Source: Octopus sinensis
Lineage: Eukaryota
Reading direction: 5' to 3'
NCBI RefSeq assembly: GCF_006345805.1
Contig: NC_043002.1
Span: 12,090,001 to 12,154,000, forward strand
Length of the DNA stretch: 64,000 nucleotides
Position 1 is the first letter of the stretch. Each line of letters begins with the position of its first letter. Made by a program: the position numbers and the translations under genes. Under the pieces are notes generated by a model. That model was not told where the DNA came from. It saw nothing but the letters and a program-made list of their open reading frames with translations, and ran no database searches. Of this stretch, positions 12,942-27,125 are shown in pieces.

Positions 12942-13544
12942 GTCTTATGTAATTGAAATACGTGTCGAAATCAATGCCGTTTCCATTGTCACCCGGCACT
13001 CTTGTGACGAGAATCTGCCAGTTAAATCGCGCAACTTTGATCTTCATCCGTCTCACAACACGTATATGAGGTTGCTGTTAGACGGCACCATCGCAAAGAC
13101 CACTGAGGAGGTTCCCTCTTTTCCAGACTATATCAAAACTAACGCACCCGAAGCTATCTTTACGCATCCAAATACTCTTCGTATTGAATACGAAGAATTT
13201 TCAAGATGCTACATTTGTCATTGCATTTAAACTCTCGTTAACAGACGTCATCTATAAGCATTATGCATGTCTTCTGCCAAAATAGTACCGGTTCCATAAA
13301 TTTGAGGAGAGGGTTATTATTTGATACTGTTAAGTCAAGAACTTAACTGGCCCTTTATTTAATCAAATATGTCCAGGATGAAAAACAAAGCTGACTATGG
13401 TGGGATCTGAAATTAAAACCTTAGAATAGACTCGGAACAAATACAGTTACAATCGTTTTTACAGCAGTCTAACGGTTCCGCCAATCCCGCAACATTTAGG
13501 ACAAGAAATAATTACACTCATTCGTAATGTAATAATAATTCGTT

Positions 13545-13623
13545 CTAATTTTAGTACTAGGCGTAGTGGTTAAGAGCGTGGGCTACTAACTCCAAGATTC
13601 CGAGTTCGATTCCAGGCTGTGAG

Positions 13624-13691
<68 letters not shown>

Positions 13692-13902
13692 TAATAATAA
13701 TAATAATAATAACAATAATAATAATAATAATAATAACATCAAAAAATACCTTAGGAATGAGAACCCAGGTTCGAAATTTCCCTGATGAAGACACCTGATG
13801 AAGGCTGGAGGGTATGTCAGCCGAAATGTTGACAAATAACCGTCAAATGTAAATAGTGTAAATAATGTACATTATTCCTCATCTCTTAAATATAGAACTG
13901 TA
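13545..13902 (+). mobile_element. tRNA-headed element with internal (AAT)n and hammerhead motif (family D)
   Basis: GGCGTAGTGGTTAAGAGCG..GAGTTCGATTCC (A and B boxes), (AAT)n, HHR motif 13791-13834, end ATATAGAACTG|TA; second copy at 59.1-59.4 kb. Confidence 0.8.
13791..13834 (+). ncRNA. Minimal type I hammerhead motif
   Basis: ACAC CTGATGA A GGCTG-GAGGGTATGT-CAGCC GAAA T GTT GACA; the 59.3-kb copy supplies the GTGT partner of stem I. Confidence 0.6.
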
Positions 13903-14906
13903 TTGGTACAAGGTATTTTAAAGGTAGGGGTTCTCTGTACCTACTGGATTTGTTGAGTATATAATCAAATTAATCCTTGGGATTGGTCAGATTAACGTTA
14001 ACACCTCTGATTAAGGGGCTGGTAATGTGAGAAAATCTATTAAGGCTCTTCATTAATTTTTCAATCTTCGGACATGTAGTTAATTTTCTCTCGTGTAAAT
14101 ATCTACTACTTAGGTTACGTGGATCAAGCCGATTCGTATAAAAGGCCTGATGTGGTTAAACCACCGAGGTCTCTTTCTAGGACGAAGTGGAGAACGCCTC
14201 AACTCGTTTCAACTGCCTCTGTTGATTTAGCAAAATGTGTTAGAAAGTGGAGTTATCTCCTCTTCCTGTGTATGAAACGTGTATGTACTATTCATAAAAC
14301 CGTAATCACTTGGAGATCTGGTCTTGGGTTCATATCGTGAATGAAACATTGAAACTATTTGAAAATCCAAGGGGGGGTATTTAGAAAACCTGGCTAAACC
14401 TAGAGTTATCACATGTACAAGTGCGGATTTATTCACTGCACAAAATCTGCCATACCATGTTGTATACTTTATGCTATAACAAAGAAAGTGTTTGGCAATG
14501 TATATCCGAAATAGATACATCATATGAGATAAAAGACATTCACATATTCATGTGTGTATCTATGCATGTGCTTGTGAGACTGACTAGTTATATCTATATG
14601 TATATATCTATGTATATATTTATCTATATATATATATGTATATTCATGGCATATATATATATATATATATATACATATATATATAATTTCTATGTATGTA
14701 TATGAAGATGTATGTTTAAGTATATATTATATTATATATGTATATGTTTATGTATAGATTTATGTGCATATGCGTCCGTGCTTGCATACATACACGCCAA
14801 AAAATACTGTGATAAGTCATTAGATTAAATCGCCCTAAATAAAATCCTGGCGTGAGCGTGTGGTAGGTGCGTATATATGTGTCCATCTACGACTTGCTGT
14901 TCTGAG

Positions 14907-14937
<31 letters not shown>

Positions 14938-15271
14938 TGCAGTGTGATGAGATTGCGTTTGTGACGTGCATTGTGTTAAGATTCGGATAACCTAGAAATG
15001 TGTTAGAAAGATAGTTGTTGACTATTTAGGAAGGAACATACTAAGTTATCTATCGTAATGCAGGCTTCGGAGAGGGATGGTTAATTGGGCGTGATTAGAG
15101 CTAACGTGATTTCCGTATGGATTATCTCCCTTAAAGAGATATATCAATGAATGTTTGTCACTTCAGCGCATGACAGTCATTCTTCAACCAACGATTGCTG
15201 GGAGATATATTCCTTAAGTTTTGATACTTAATACTAAACTGCTTGGAAGCAAAGAATAATGTAAACAGACA

Positions 15272-15325
<54 letters not shown>

Positions 15326-15699
15326 AGAGCGCATGCACACTAACATACTCGAAAATGTATATATACATATATATTTATATGTATACACACGCATATAATT
15401 ACACACAATCTAACACTAAAGCAAACACATCCATAAATACACACATACACGCATATAATATATATATACATACACACGCCTATGTGTGTGTGCACACACA
15501 TGCATGCATGTGTATATATATATGTGTGTGTGTATCTGTGTGTGCATGCATGTGTGTACACTGACAGGCGCATGCACACACATACGCACACATATGTAAA
15601 AATATACACCTATGTACAAATGCCTGCATGCACACATATACACACTAATATAAAAATCATACACCATACGCAAGCACACACGTACAGAAGCATACACAT

Positions 15700-15754
15700 G
15701 CACATTAAGACAACAGTAAACACACACACACACACACGTGCAAACACAGATACA

Positions 15755-15786
<32 letters not shown>

Positions 15787-16510
15787 CACTCAAACATAGA
15801 TACGTACATACATACATGCATACATTCATACATACACACACATACATACACATACATGAGTTCATACATATGCATACATACATACATACATGCATACATA
15901 CATACATACATGCATACATACACATACAGTCAAACATAGATATGTACATACATACATACATACATTCATACATACATACATACATACGTACATACATACC
16001 TACATGCGTTCATACATACATACATGCATACATACACATACACTTAAACATATATACATACATACATACATACATACATACATACATACATACATGCATA
16101 CATACGTAGATACATACATACATACACACATACATACGTACATACATACATACATACATACATACATACATACATGCATACATACATGCATGCAAACATA
16201 CGTACATACACACACATACATACATACACATACATACATACATACATACGTACATACATACCTACATGCGTTCATACATACATACATGCATACATACACA
16301 TACACTCAAACATATATACATACATACATACATACATATATACATGCATACATACGTAGATACATACATACATACACACATACATACACACATACATACG
16401 TACATACATACATACATACATACATACATACATACATACATACATACACACATACATACATACATACATACATACATACACACATACACACATACATGCA
16501 CACCCAAACA
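15700..16510. repeat. (TACA)n compound microsatellite with internal duplication
   Basis: Direct repeats; the block CCTACATGCGTTCATAC..CACT(T/C)AAACATATATAC occurs twice about 290 bp apart. Confidence 0.9.
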
Positions 16511-16986
16511 TAGATACAGTCGTAGATACCAAAACTAGAATTAAACGGGAATTTACAAACTTCTGAATCGCTTTCTAACATTCTTTGTATGGTCGAACTT
16601 TCTTCCCCGTTGTTCGTTTGCTAATCTCGTAGCATTTCTGATAAGAATGGATTGTTGGTCGCTTATATTCTCGCTGTAACTCTTTAGTTCGGTTCTTATT
16701 TCTCTGTCAATCTTTTAGTTATTAACGCTGTTTCAATCTCCTCGATGTCAATTCTTGAATTTACAAATTGTTTCCCCATTATATCTTTTTTTTACATTGC
16801 AGGATTTCTTTTCTACGTTTCTCGGATTCTCCCACTCTCGTTCGTAATATCCAACCATCTCTTCTCCCTTTTTTCTTTCTTTCTTTCTTTTTTCCTTTCT
16901 TCTCTGTGTCTCTGTGTCTCTGTGTCTCTGTGTCTTTGACTCCGTCTTTCCCTGTCTATCTCTTTCACTCTCTCTCTCTATGTCTT

Positions 16987-17044
<58 letters not shown>

Positions 17045-17128
17045 AGTATATTGTGCCTTTTACACATTCTTTCTGCATACATGCATGCACATACACACAC
17101 AGGCATACACACACACACACACACACAC

Positions 17129-17170
<42 letters not shown>

Positions 17171-17337
17171 GATGAATATGTATATATATAAATATATATA
17201 TATATATGTAAAGCCACACATAAACTCATATATATGCATATATGTGTGTGTGTGTCTGTGTTTGTGTATATGAACGTGTTCCTGCCTGTATTTGCATACA
17301 TGCACATATAAGCGCAAAAACACGTATACGCACACAC

Positions 17338-17374
<37 letters not shown>

Positions 17375-17862
17375 CGTGTGTGTGTGTGTATGTGTGTGTG
17401 CAGCATATGTTTTATTCTTTCTGTGACCCGCCCTATCTCTCTACCATTGACGTACTTACTAAAGCTTTCCATCTCTCTCCAACTGTCTTTCCAACCACTA
17501 TCTTTTACTTCTCTATAAAACAAGTCTTCCTTGATTGTTTGACTATCAAAAACCAGTGAAAAACTAGCCAGATAATCCTCCATTATCTTACGATACGATG
17601 GGAGAAAAATCATAATATAGCTTCTTGTCGTTGTTGAAGAAAACATCATGTTTCGCCAAGATAGCTAAAATACTACCCTTTTACTGATAAAATACCACGG
17701 TGCTTTATCATCATCATCATCATCATCATCATCACCACCAGCAGTAGCAGCAGCAGCACCACCACCACCACCGCCAATAACATTATTATTGTGATCTGAT
17801 TTTCATTGCGTAATTTTCGTTTATTATCGAGTGCAGATTCGTGCGTCATGGATATGTCAATG

Positions 17863-17899
<37 letters not shown>

Positions 17900-18014
17900 A
17901 TATATATATATTTGTGTGTATGTGTGTCTTCGTTGTTCGAAAGCTAGTTCATATTCCATGTACTCGTACTTCGTATTTTTTGTTGTACACGTCAAATGCC
18001 CACATATGCATATG

Positions 18015-18072
<58 letters not shown>

Positions 18073-18082
18073 CTTATATATA

Positions 18083-18113
<31 letters not shown>

Positions 18114-18244
18114 CATGCATGTATATATATATATATTATATAATATATATATTTATGATATATATTATACATATGAATATGTGGGCATTTGACATGAATG
18201 TATATATGTATATGTTATATATACATGCATGTATATATGTATAT

Positions 18245-18277
<33 letters not shown>

Positions 18278-18513
18278 TACATAAATGGTGCCGAAACTTT
18301 TCTTAAATTTTTTGCTACCCTTATATTGATTAATTGATATATATATATAATATATATATATATATATGTGTATGTATGTATGTATGTATATGTATATACT
18401 TTATATTATTATATGATTGAACGCCATGCATTCTTTTCTAAGTAAGTTTTATCTTATATATATATATTTCTCAATCTCTAACTCACACAGAAGTAAACAC
18501 AAACATATATATG

Positions 18514-18545
<32 letters not shown>

Positions 18546-19067
18546 TGTATGTATGTATGTATGTATGTATGTATGTATGTATGTATGTACTTCTGTGTGA
18601 GTTAGAGGCTGAGAAACAAACTAAGGAATAGTACCTATCCAATATACTGCTGGTAGTGTACCAAGTGATTCAAAGCCAAGTGCTAGTTATTGCTTGGCAA
18701 TCTCGCAATTATATATTATATATGGCCGGTTTATCCTTGATTTATACGGCAAATAAGAAAACGGAGAGGATATCAAATCGACAGACATCAGGCGGTTAAC
18801 ATTCCAGTATGACTATTTATTCAAATGTATTGTATGAATACACACGCATGTATTAGTGGTACAGAGTATCGCATTGGAAAAAGCTGGTAGTTTCATAAAC
18901 GAGAGGGTGAAAACATATAAGCATATAGAACGAAGTGAGCAATTGAGCAAATGAGCAAATGAGTAAATGAGCAGATTGGCAAGAAACTCAGTGGGTGTGT
19001 AGGTGCTACTTTCTGCACCTTGTTTATGTAATTACCAGCTGTTTCCATTCGATAATCTGTACCTATA

Positions 19068-19167
19068 NNNNNNNNNNNNNNNNNNNNNNNNNNNNNNNNN
19101 NNNNNNNNNNNNNNNNNNNNNNNNNNNNNNNNNNNNNNNNNNNNNNNNNNNNNNNNNNNNNNNNNNN
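19068..19167. other. Assembly gap (100 N)
   Basis: Run of N. Confidence 1.
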
Positions 19168-19186
19168 GTGTGTGTATGTGTCCGAG

Positions 19187-19225
<39 letters not shown>

Positions 19226-19778
19226 GGGAGAGGGAGAGAGAGAAAGAAAGATTTGGTAAGGCAGAGCAAACACAGAAAGGTGATATTAGACTGAAAGAGG
19301 GATTTTAAACTTTGAGATAAGTAGTTTGTTAAGGTTAGAGAGAGAGAGGTGTTAGACTGTGGAATAAGAAAGTTAAATAGAGAGAGAGGGAGAGGGAGAG
19401 GGAAAACGAGAGAGAGGGACAAAGAAAGAGAGAGAGACTGGAAGTGTTAGACCATGACAAGGACGATGAGATACTCAGAGATAAACAGGGACAAAGCGAG
19501 CGACAGAGACAGAGAGAGAGAGAGAGAGGGAGAGAAAGAGAGAGATAACGAAGGGAGAGAGAGAAGGAGAGAGAAAAGGTTGAATAGGTAGAAAGAAAGT
19601 CACACTGAATAAGAAAGAAAGAAAGATAAAGAGAGAGAGCGAACGAATGAAGGGTAAGATAAAACGATGAAAATAAAATATAAAAGTTTAAACATCATAT
19701 ATCTATGTATAAATATATATCGCATTTGGTTTCTCTCATCTTATCCGGCTCTGTTCTTTACCCCTGTCTCTCACTCTC

Positions 19779-19819
<41 letters not shown>

Positions 19820-19932
19820 GTAGTATGTATGTATGTATGTATGTATGTCTGTATGTATGGGTATGTATTTATGTATGTATGTATGTATATGTTGGTTTTA
19901 TGGTATATGTAGGTATGTATATGCAGCATTTA

Positions 19933-19978
<46 letters not shown>

Positions 19979-20519
19979 GTTGCGTGCATATGTATACGTG
20001 GGAGAAAGAAAAACTAAATAGGGGACATGACACATCTCACTTTTGATGATGAGAATTTTCAAAAAATTCCTCTTAATAAAAACGGTAAAAATCAGGTAAT
20101 TTTCAGAATATTCCAGAAACACAAAGAACAAAAAAAAAAAAAAAAAAAAAACTAAAAGAAACGAAAAAAGAGCTTTCCACTTCTTCATTGTCTCTCTCCC
20201 TCTACTTCTCCTCCTATAATTTTCCTTTGTGGCAATTTTTGACAATTTTACGTTTTTACTTCTCCATCTCACTTTATGCATATCTGGCTCTAGTTTCTCA
20301 AATTTATTTGTTTGGGATCTCCGTCCTACATCCGTATATCTTCATATGCATATGAATAAGTTGAGCATATATATAACTATATAAACTAACTGATGGACAG
20401 ATATTGATGGACCATATGCATGTATCTTTATATGCATACAGACACATATATAAATACATAAGCATTATACATTCTGCAACATTATATTACAAACCACACA
20501 CACACACCACCACACACAT

Positions 20520-20589
<70 letters not shown>

Positions 20590-20859
20590 ACATACATATA
20601 TATATATATAGACATGCATATATAGACACCCATGTATATACATAAGCGCACTCGCTCACATATATGTATCATAAAACTTGTATTTTACATATAAGTGTAA
20701 TTGTATAATTATACGCATATATTCACATATACAGAAGCAAGTAGGTATATTTATGGAAACACATACGCATATATACTTAAGCGCGCACACACACACACAT
20801 AAATATATATATATATATATATATTTATTATATATATATTTATATATATAGTATAGTAA

Positions 20860-20890
<31 letters not shown>

Positions 20891-21184
20891 ATATATATTT
20901 ATGTATATATTATATGTATGTATGTATATCGGAAAAAAGAGACAGACAGAGAAAGTGATATAGAGATTGTCCTAAAGTATCACTCCATTCGCTTCCATTT
21001 CTCTGTATCTCCGGAAATCTTAATAGAAATGGTAATGTTTATATATACTTAAAACGAATGACCTCCTGAAATATGCATAATTTATGCAACAAGAGAAACA
21101 AATAAGCAAAACGCAAAGACACAAAGCAAAAAATAATAAAAAAACAACACACCGGTACGCACTGAGACACATAAACACACATTC

Positions 21185-21221
<37 letters not shown>

Positions 21222-21589
21222 GATATATAAGTAGGTACATATAGACATGTATATCCGGTGTTGAAGTCCTAATGATACCCAAATAATAGGGTTCTTGATA
21301 TACAAAATATACATATATGTAAATATAGGAATATGTGGGTCTCTAAATATTTATATATACGAATGTGTATCTATTTATAGATATAAATTGTTTGCGCTTG
21401 TGAAGATATATGTATATATAATATATACATACATATATATACATACATACATACATATATATATATATATTTATATATACATACATATATATATATATAT
21501 GTACAGAAAGATACATATACAAATATGTATATACATAATTTTGTATTTTTATAGTATGTATGTATGTATGTGTATATATACACACACGC

Positions 21590-21628
<39 letters not shown>

Positions 21629-21704
21629 GCATATAATATATATATATATAGAGAGAGAGAGAAGGATCGAATGTAATACACTACGAACATGTAAATATTT
21701 ATAT

Positions 21705-21735
<31 letters not shown>

Positions 21736-22232
21736 GATATATATATCTATATAATATATATATATATATATATACATTACGCATGTTTGTACGCTCATAA
21801 TTATCTATCTATCGATATGTATATATATATTGTTGCATACATATATTGTATGTATCTAATGTATATATATATGTATATATATATGTATATATATATATAT
21901 ATATCTATAATATATATATATATATATGAGTATAAATAAATGTAGAGATTGCTGTTATACGAATAGTTGTTATACAAATAATTGAAGTGGAAATTGCAGC
22001 TTCTGGTTAGCCATTTTCACTCACAACATCGGTGATATACCAGAGGCTACTTGGAATGGCGATTGTACATGATGTCACGCAGGAGATTGAACTCAGGTTC
22101 TCGTAGTAACGAATGCAATTGCTGAACCGTTCGGCCATAGTATGCGTAAGCTTCATAATAATGATGTAGATAAAAAATTCAGCAGCAAACAGCAGCAACA
22201 ACATACTAATAATAATAGTGATAATTATAATA

Positions 22233-22267
<35 letters not shown>

Positions 22268-22399
22268 AATAATAATAATATTAACAATAATAATAATAAT
22301 GATAATTATAATAATGATGATGATGATGATGATGATGATTGATGATGATGATAATAATAATAATAATACTAATATATAATAAATATAATAATATAATAA

Positions 22400-25300
22400 T
22401 AATAATAATAAAAAATAAACGAAATAACAACACCAATTATAACAGCATAAACCTAGCCGTCACTGAACTAGCCACTGAAACAAAAAAAAGTGATATCACT
22501 GACCTAAATGACTTGATATACGCAGCATCCACTGCAGCACAAAAGAAGCTGGATACTCACCCAAACCCGCCCAAACAGGAGTACCACCACCCAAACAAAC
22601 CCTGTGGATAAATAACATCCAAAACAAAATTTAAAAAATTAGAAAGACCTGTCGATTCTTAATGAAATCAGCAAAGAATCAACGCTACTACTGAGCAACA
22701 AAAAGAGAACAAAATGCTCCGCAAATATAACATCACAGAAAAAGATTTGCCGAGATAAAGAAAAGCTGAAGCAAGATATCCTGCCAAAGCTCAAGGATCC
22801 GCCGGTACGAGAAACGCCACGCTTCTTTGAACAGAACAAAAGTTCAACTCCAACCCAAAAGTTCTACCAAGATCTGGGAAAAAATAAAATAGAAGTCACT
22901 GCAGCACCAACGGCAGAAGAATTGGAAGAATTCTGGAGAGAAATATGGTCGGCGAACGAACAGCCAAAAAAAAGGAGTATCAAAATAACAACTCACTCGG
23001 CATCTGAACAACTTTGGACCCCCATAACAACTGAAGAGGTCACCCAGGCACTGCAAAAACTAAGCAACTGGAAGGCACCTGGGCATGACAAGATCCCCAA
23101 CTTCTGGTTGAAATATCTAACAGGAATGCACAAAAAGCTGGCTGAAAATTTTAACAGCATACTAGCAGAGCCAGAGAAAATGCCTAAATGGCTCACGAAG
23201 GGGAAAAACCATCTTAATTCCCAAATCAAATGAAACAGAAAAACCAGAAAACTACAGACCAATAACCTGCCTCCCTACTATGTTCAAAGCATTTACTGCA
23301 GTGATATCGCAAAGGCTGGACAAGCACCTGGACGAAAACAAACTGTTCCCAGAAGAGCAGAAAGGATGCCGCAAAGGCTCATATGGCTGTAAAGATCAAC
23401 TAATGATTAATAAAGCCGTAACTGAAGACAGCCCCAGAAAGAAGAAGGCCTCAGTATGGCCTGGATTGACTACAAAAGGCGTTTGATAGCATCCCCCACA
23501 CATGGATCCTTGAAACACTAGCCATTAACAAAGTAGCACCAACAATCATAAAATTCATAGAGCACTCTATGAATAAATGGCAACAGTCCTACATCTCCAA
23601 ACAAAAGAGGGACTCATGAAAACCAAAGACATCCCCATCAGAAGAGGAATATTCCAGGGAGACACGCTCTCTCCACTCCTTTTCTGCTTGGCACTGTCAC
23701 CTCTATCTGATATGCTAAATAGAACTGGATGCGGATATAAATGTTACGGCAAAACGATCAGCCACCTTTTATATATGGATGACCTAAAACTATACGCTGC
23801 AAATGACAAACAGCTGGAAACACTATTAAAGACAGTTCATGGATTTACCAAAGAAATAGATATGAAATTTGGATTAGAAAAATGCGCCAAAGTAACCATG
23901 AAAAGAGGAAAACTAGTTAAAAGTAACAACATCACACTAGATAAAACCAATGAAATAAAGGTATTAGACCAAAGCCAAACTTACAAATACTTAGGAATCC
24001 ATGAACTAGATAAGACAAAACACACACAATGAAAGAGAAAATAAAAAAGAATATTATAGACGAGTTAGATCAATACTAAAAACAGAGCTCAATGCTAAAA
24101 ACAATAATAGGTATCAACACTTTAGCTGTCCCAGTTATAAGTTACAGCTACAATATCCTTAACTGGACACGAAATGAACTGTCCAAAATAGATAGGAAAA
24201 CAAGAAAAATACTGACAGGATCTAGGATGCATCACACCCAAATCTGACATAGAAAGACAATATATACAACGTATAGAAGGTGGTAGAGGCCTTATACAGC
24301 TGGAAAACTACCATAAAATACCACCATAAGACTGCAAAAATACCTACTTCAGAAGGAAGGAAAACTGATCCAGATAGCAGCAAAACACGAGCAAAACAAA
24401 AAACTGTTCTCGGTATTTAAGGAAGCTGACAAATACAACAAGAAATCATACCACCTAATAACACGAAGAAGAAGAAGAAGAAGATGATGAAGAAACAACA
24501 AAAGCTATAAACAAGTGAAATCCAAACTAAAAAGAACAGCAACGAACCATGATAAACGATGGCAAGAAAAGCCCCTTCATGGTAAATACTGCACTAAACT
24601 AACGCAAAAGAAATAGACAAAAGAGATCCCAGCAATGGTTGAGAAGCTCAGGACTCAAAGCAGAACAGAGGGATTTTTAATTGCAGCACAAGACCAAAGC
24701 CTCCCCACCAGAAATGACCAAAAACATGTAATGAAAAGAAATATTACAAGTAACTGCAGAATATGTGGAGATGGACAAGAAACAATAAATCATATTATCT
24801 CTAGCTGCCCAGTCCTGGCTAAGAAGGAATATATTCACAGACATGACAGAGTTGGAACCTACATACACTGGAAGCTATGCCAACATTATGGAATAACAAC
24901 AGAAAAAAGATGGTATAGTCACACACCAGAAAAGGTTAGAAAACGAGAAAGCAACAATACTCTGGGATATGCCGATACACACAGATAGAGAAATTAAGGC
25001 CAACAGACCAGATATAGTTGTCAGAGATCATGAAGAAAAAAAATGCTTTCTAATTGATGTATCAATACCGGCAGATGACAACGTGTCTCTAAAAGAAATG
25101 GAGAAACTCTCAAAATACAAAGACCTGGAAATAGAGGTAACTAGAATGTGGAATCTGAAAACAGAAACAATTCCTATCATAGTAGGTGCATTAGGCATGA
25201 TAAAAAATATTCAGACAAATACATAACAAAAACACCAGGACTTACAAACACATATATATCATACAGAAAATTGCACTACTAGGCACTGCACCATCCTACG

Positions 25301-25435
25301 CAGAGCACTTTCCATACAATAACCATCAGAGCATCACAACAAATCACAGCACATACCCAAGGCACACAGAGCTGTGCTCGGTAGTGAAGTGAAAGCACGC
25401 TATAAAAATAAAACTACTGAATAATAATAATAATA

Positions 25436-25494
<59 letters not shown>

Positions 25495-25503
25495 TAATAA
25501 TAA
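22400..25503 (+). mobile_element. 5'-truncated R4/Dong-clade non-LTR retrotransposon (RT, CCHC, RLE), frameshifted, with (AAT)n tail
   Basis: Frames give WKAPGHD, YRPITCL, EQKGCRKG, IFQGDTLSPLLF, LYMDDLK, YKYLG, CRICG..ETINHIISSC, RHDRVG, RPDIVV..IDVSIP..KLSKY; 3' UTR then (AAT)n at 25420-25503; AAT-rich tract upstream. Confidence 0.93.
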
Positions 25504-26063
25504 TCTTAATGATCTCTTTTATTCGCTCCGTTGTTTCACTTTACATTTCAAACGTAGAAGACTATCTTAATTTAAGTTATTTGTATCGTTTATCATGAAG
25601 CTGAGCGCTGAAATCTTCATTTATATATATATTATGGGTTGTGTGCTTGTGTGAGTGTGTGTCTGTAAAGATTTACTGATTATGTAATTTACATTAGGCA
25701 TCTAATTATCACACGTACATAAAGTATTGTTACTCATACATATATATTTATACATAAGGAAGGTTTATCTGCTTCTTCTTAGATTGAAAATAATGAACAA
25801 CCTTAATCGGTATTCGAACCTTATCGTGTTCTCATCAGAACCAATATCCAGATAGATAAGCAGCCAATCTATTTATACATTTAACAAATACTGTAGCTAT
25901 ATAGAAGTTGAGTTATTTATTTGCGCGTCTTAAACACCTTATTTAATATCAAGATACTATCAACGGAGATCTGCTTCCGCACCGTATCAACGTATCGTAT
26001 ATGTAACCCATGTAGTGGACACAGAAATAGGACAGGTTCCAGCACAGGACAAGTTCTTGTAAA

Positions 26064-26628
26064 TCATCATTGTTCGACTGTGGTCGAGACAATGGAATTT
26101 ACTATGTTACGCCAGCCCTCACGGTCCATCATAGCATTACGGATGTCCTGTTGCTGGATGCCTGTATCCCTGGAGATTACATCAGGGTAGGAGAGTGTGC
26201 ACCCTTTGGTATCGCGAGCAGATGGCTTCCAGAGGAGAAGAGTAGAAATTGCCTCATTTTCAGCTCAGCAACAATGTCCTTAAATATGGTTTCTGATTAC
26301 AAATATCTTTGGTCATACATATCATCATCTGAAAAAGATTTTCTATCTAGAAATGGTATGGCCTGGTCAGCCTGTTATGATATGCATAAGATCTGGTCAT
26401 CAAAATCTTCAAAACTTAAAATCTTCAAAGCCACAGTCGAACCAATTCTACTAAACGGCTCAGAAACCTGGACGTTATCAAAGAAGTATGAGAGGCGGTT
26501 TGATGGAACTTACACTCGCCTCCTTATGAGAGCTCAAAATCTCTCGTGGAAGCGTCATCCAACCAAAGTACAAATATATGGGAAATTACCACCAGTATAA
26601 TCTCTTGTGAAAGGTAGAAGAGTCCAGC
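26064..26628 (-). mobile_element. RTE-type LINE 3' fragment with internal inversion and 9-bp TSD
   Basis: Plus 26270-26628 gives YKYLWSYI..LNGSETWTL..KGRRVQ; minus 26269-26064 gives AENEAISTLLLWKP..DREGWRNIV..EQ* and a TGATGA tail; TCTTGTAAA at 26055-26063 and 26629-26637. Confidence 0.88.
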
Positions 26629-26904
26629 TCTTGTAAAAACAATTGGAGAAAAGAGACAACTTTATTTTAAAAAATCACCGTACGTTTATTGAAGATGGAA
26701 CTTCCAACTTGAGAACTGCGATTAACGTCTCCTATCTTCGGACAAAATGTTAGGAAAATTGATAAATGTGAACAAGAGAACAATAAATGCAAGTGGAAGA
26801 TGAAACTAAACTAAAATAAAATGAAAGTGTGATGAGATATCGTTAATCATAAATGTTCCTTAAATGTATATCTTAGCGCGAGAGGCAGTATTAATACGGA
26901 GGGA

Positions 26905-27125
26905 TAGCATTTATTCCCACTTAAACGTGGATTTTCTGTTAGAGATATAAGAGAAACTCTCATACAGGCTTTTGGTGCAAAATGCACGCTTGTGTTAGAA
27001 ACAATCTGACGATATAAACCAGTGTGCCTTTTGCACCGAAAGCCTGAATGAGGGTTTCCTTGTGGTATCTTCCGCAGTAAAGTTAGTTCAAGCAGAACCC
27101 CCGCGTTCGGGTGGGATTAAATATT
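26905..27125. repeat. Old imperfect inverted repeat (foldback)
   Basis: GAAACTCTCATACAGGCTTTTGGTGCAAAATGCAC vs GTGCCTTTTGCACCGAAAGCCTGAATGAGGGTTTC; weaker similarity extends outwards. Confidence 0.65.

Noticed and set aside
13560-13615. tRNA genes at SINE heads (also 8340-8400, 41420-41478, 58950-59020)
   Set aside because: A and B boxes are present but there is no complete cloverleaf or acceptor stem; each continues into a repeat body.
15416-16581. HTYI/MYVC repeat ORFs
   Set aside because: Translations of (TACA)n.
16978-17649. 223-aa ORF (minus strand)
   Set aside because: Purine-rich stretch fused to microsatellite translation.
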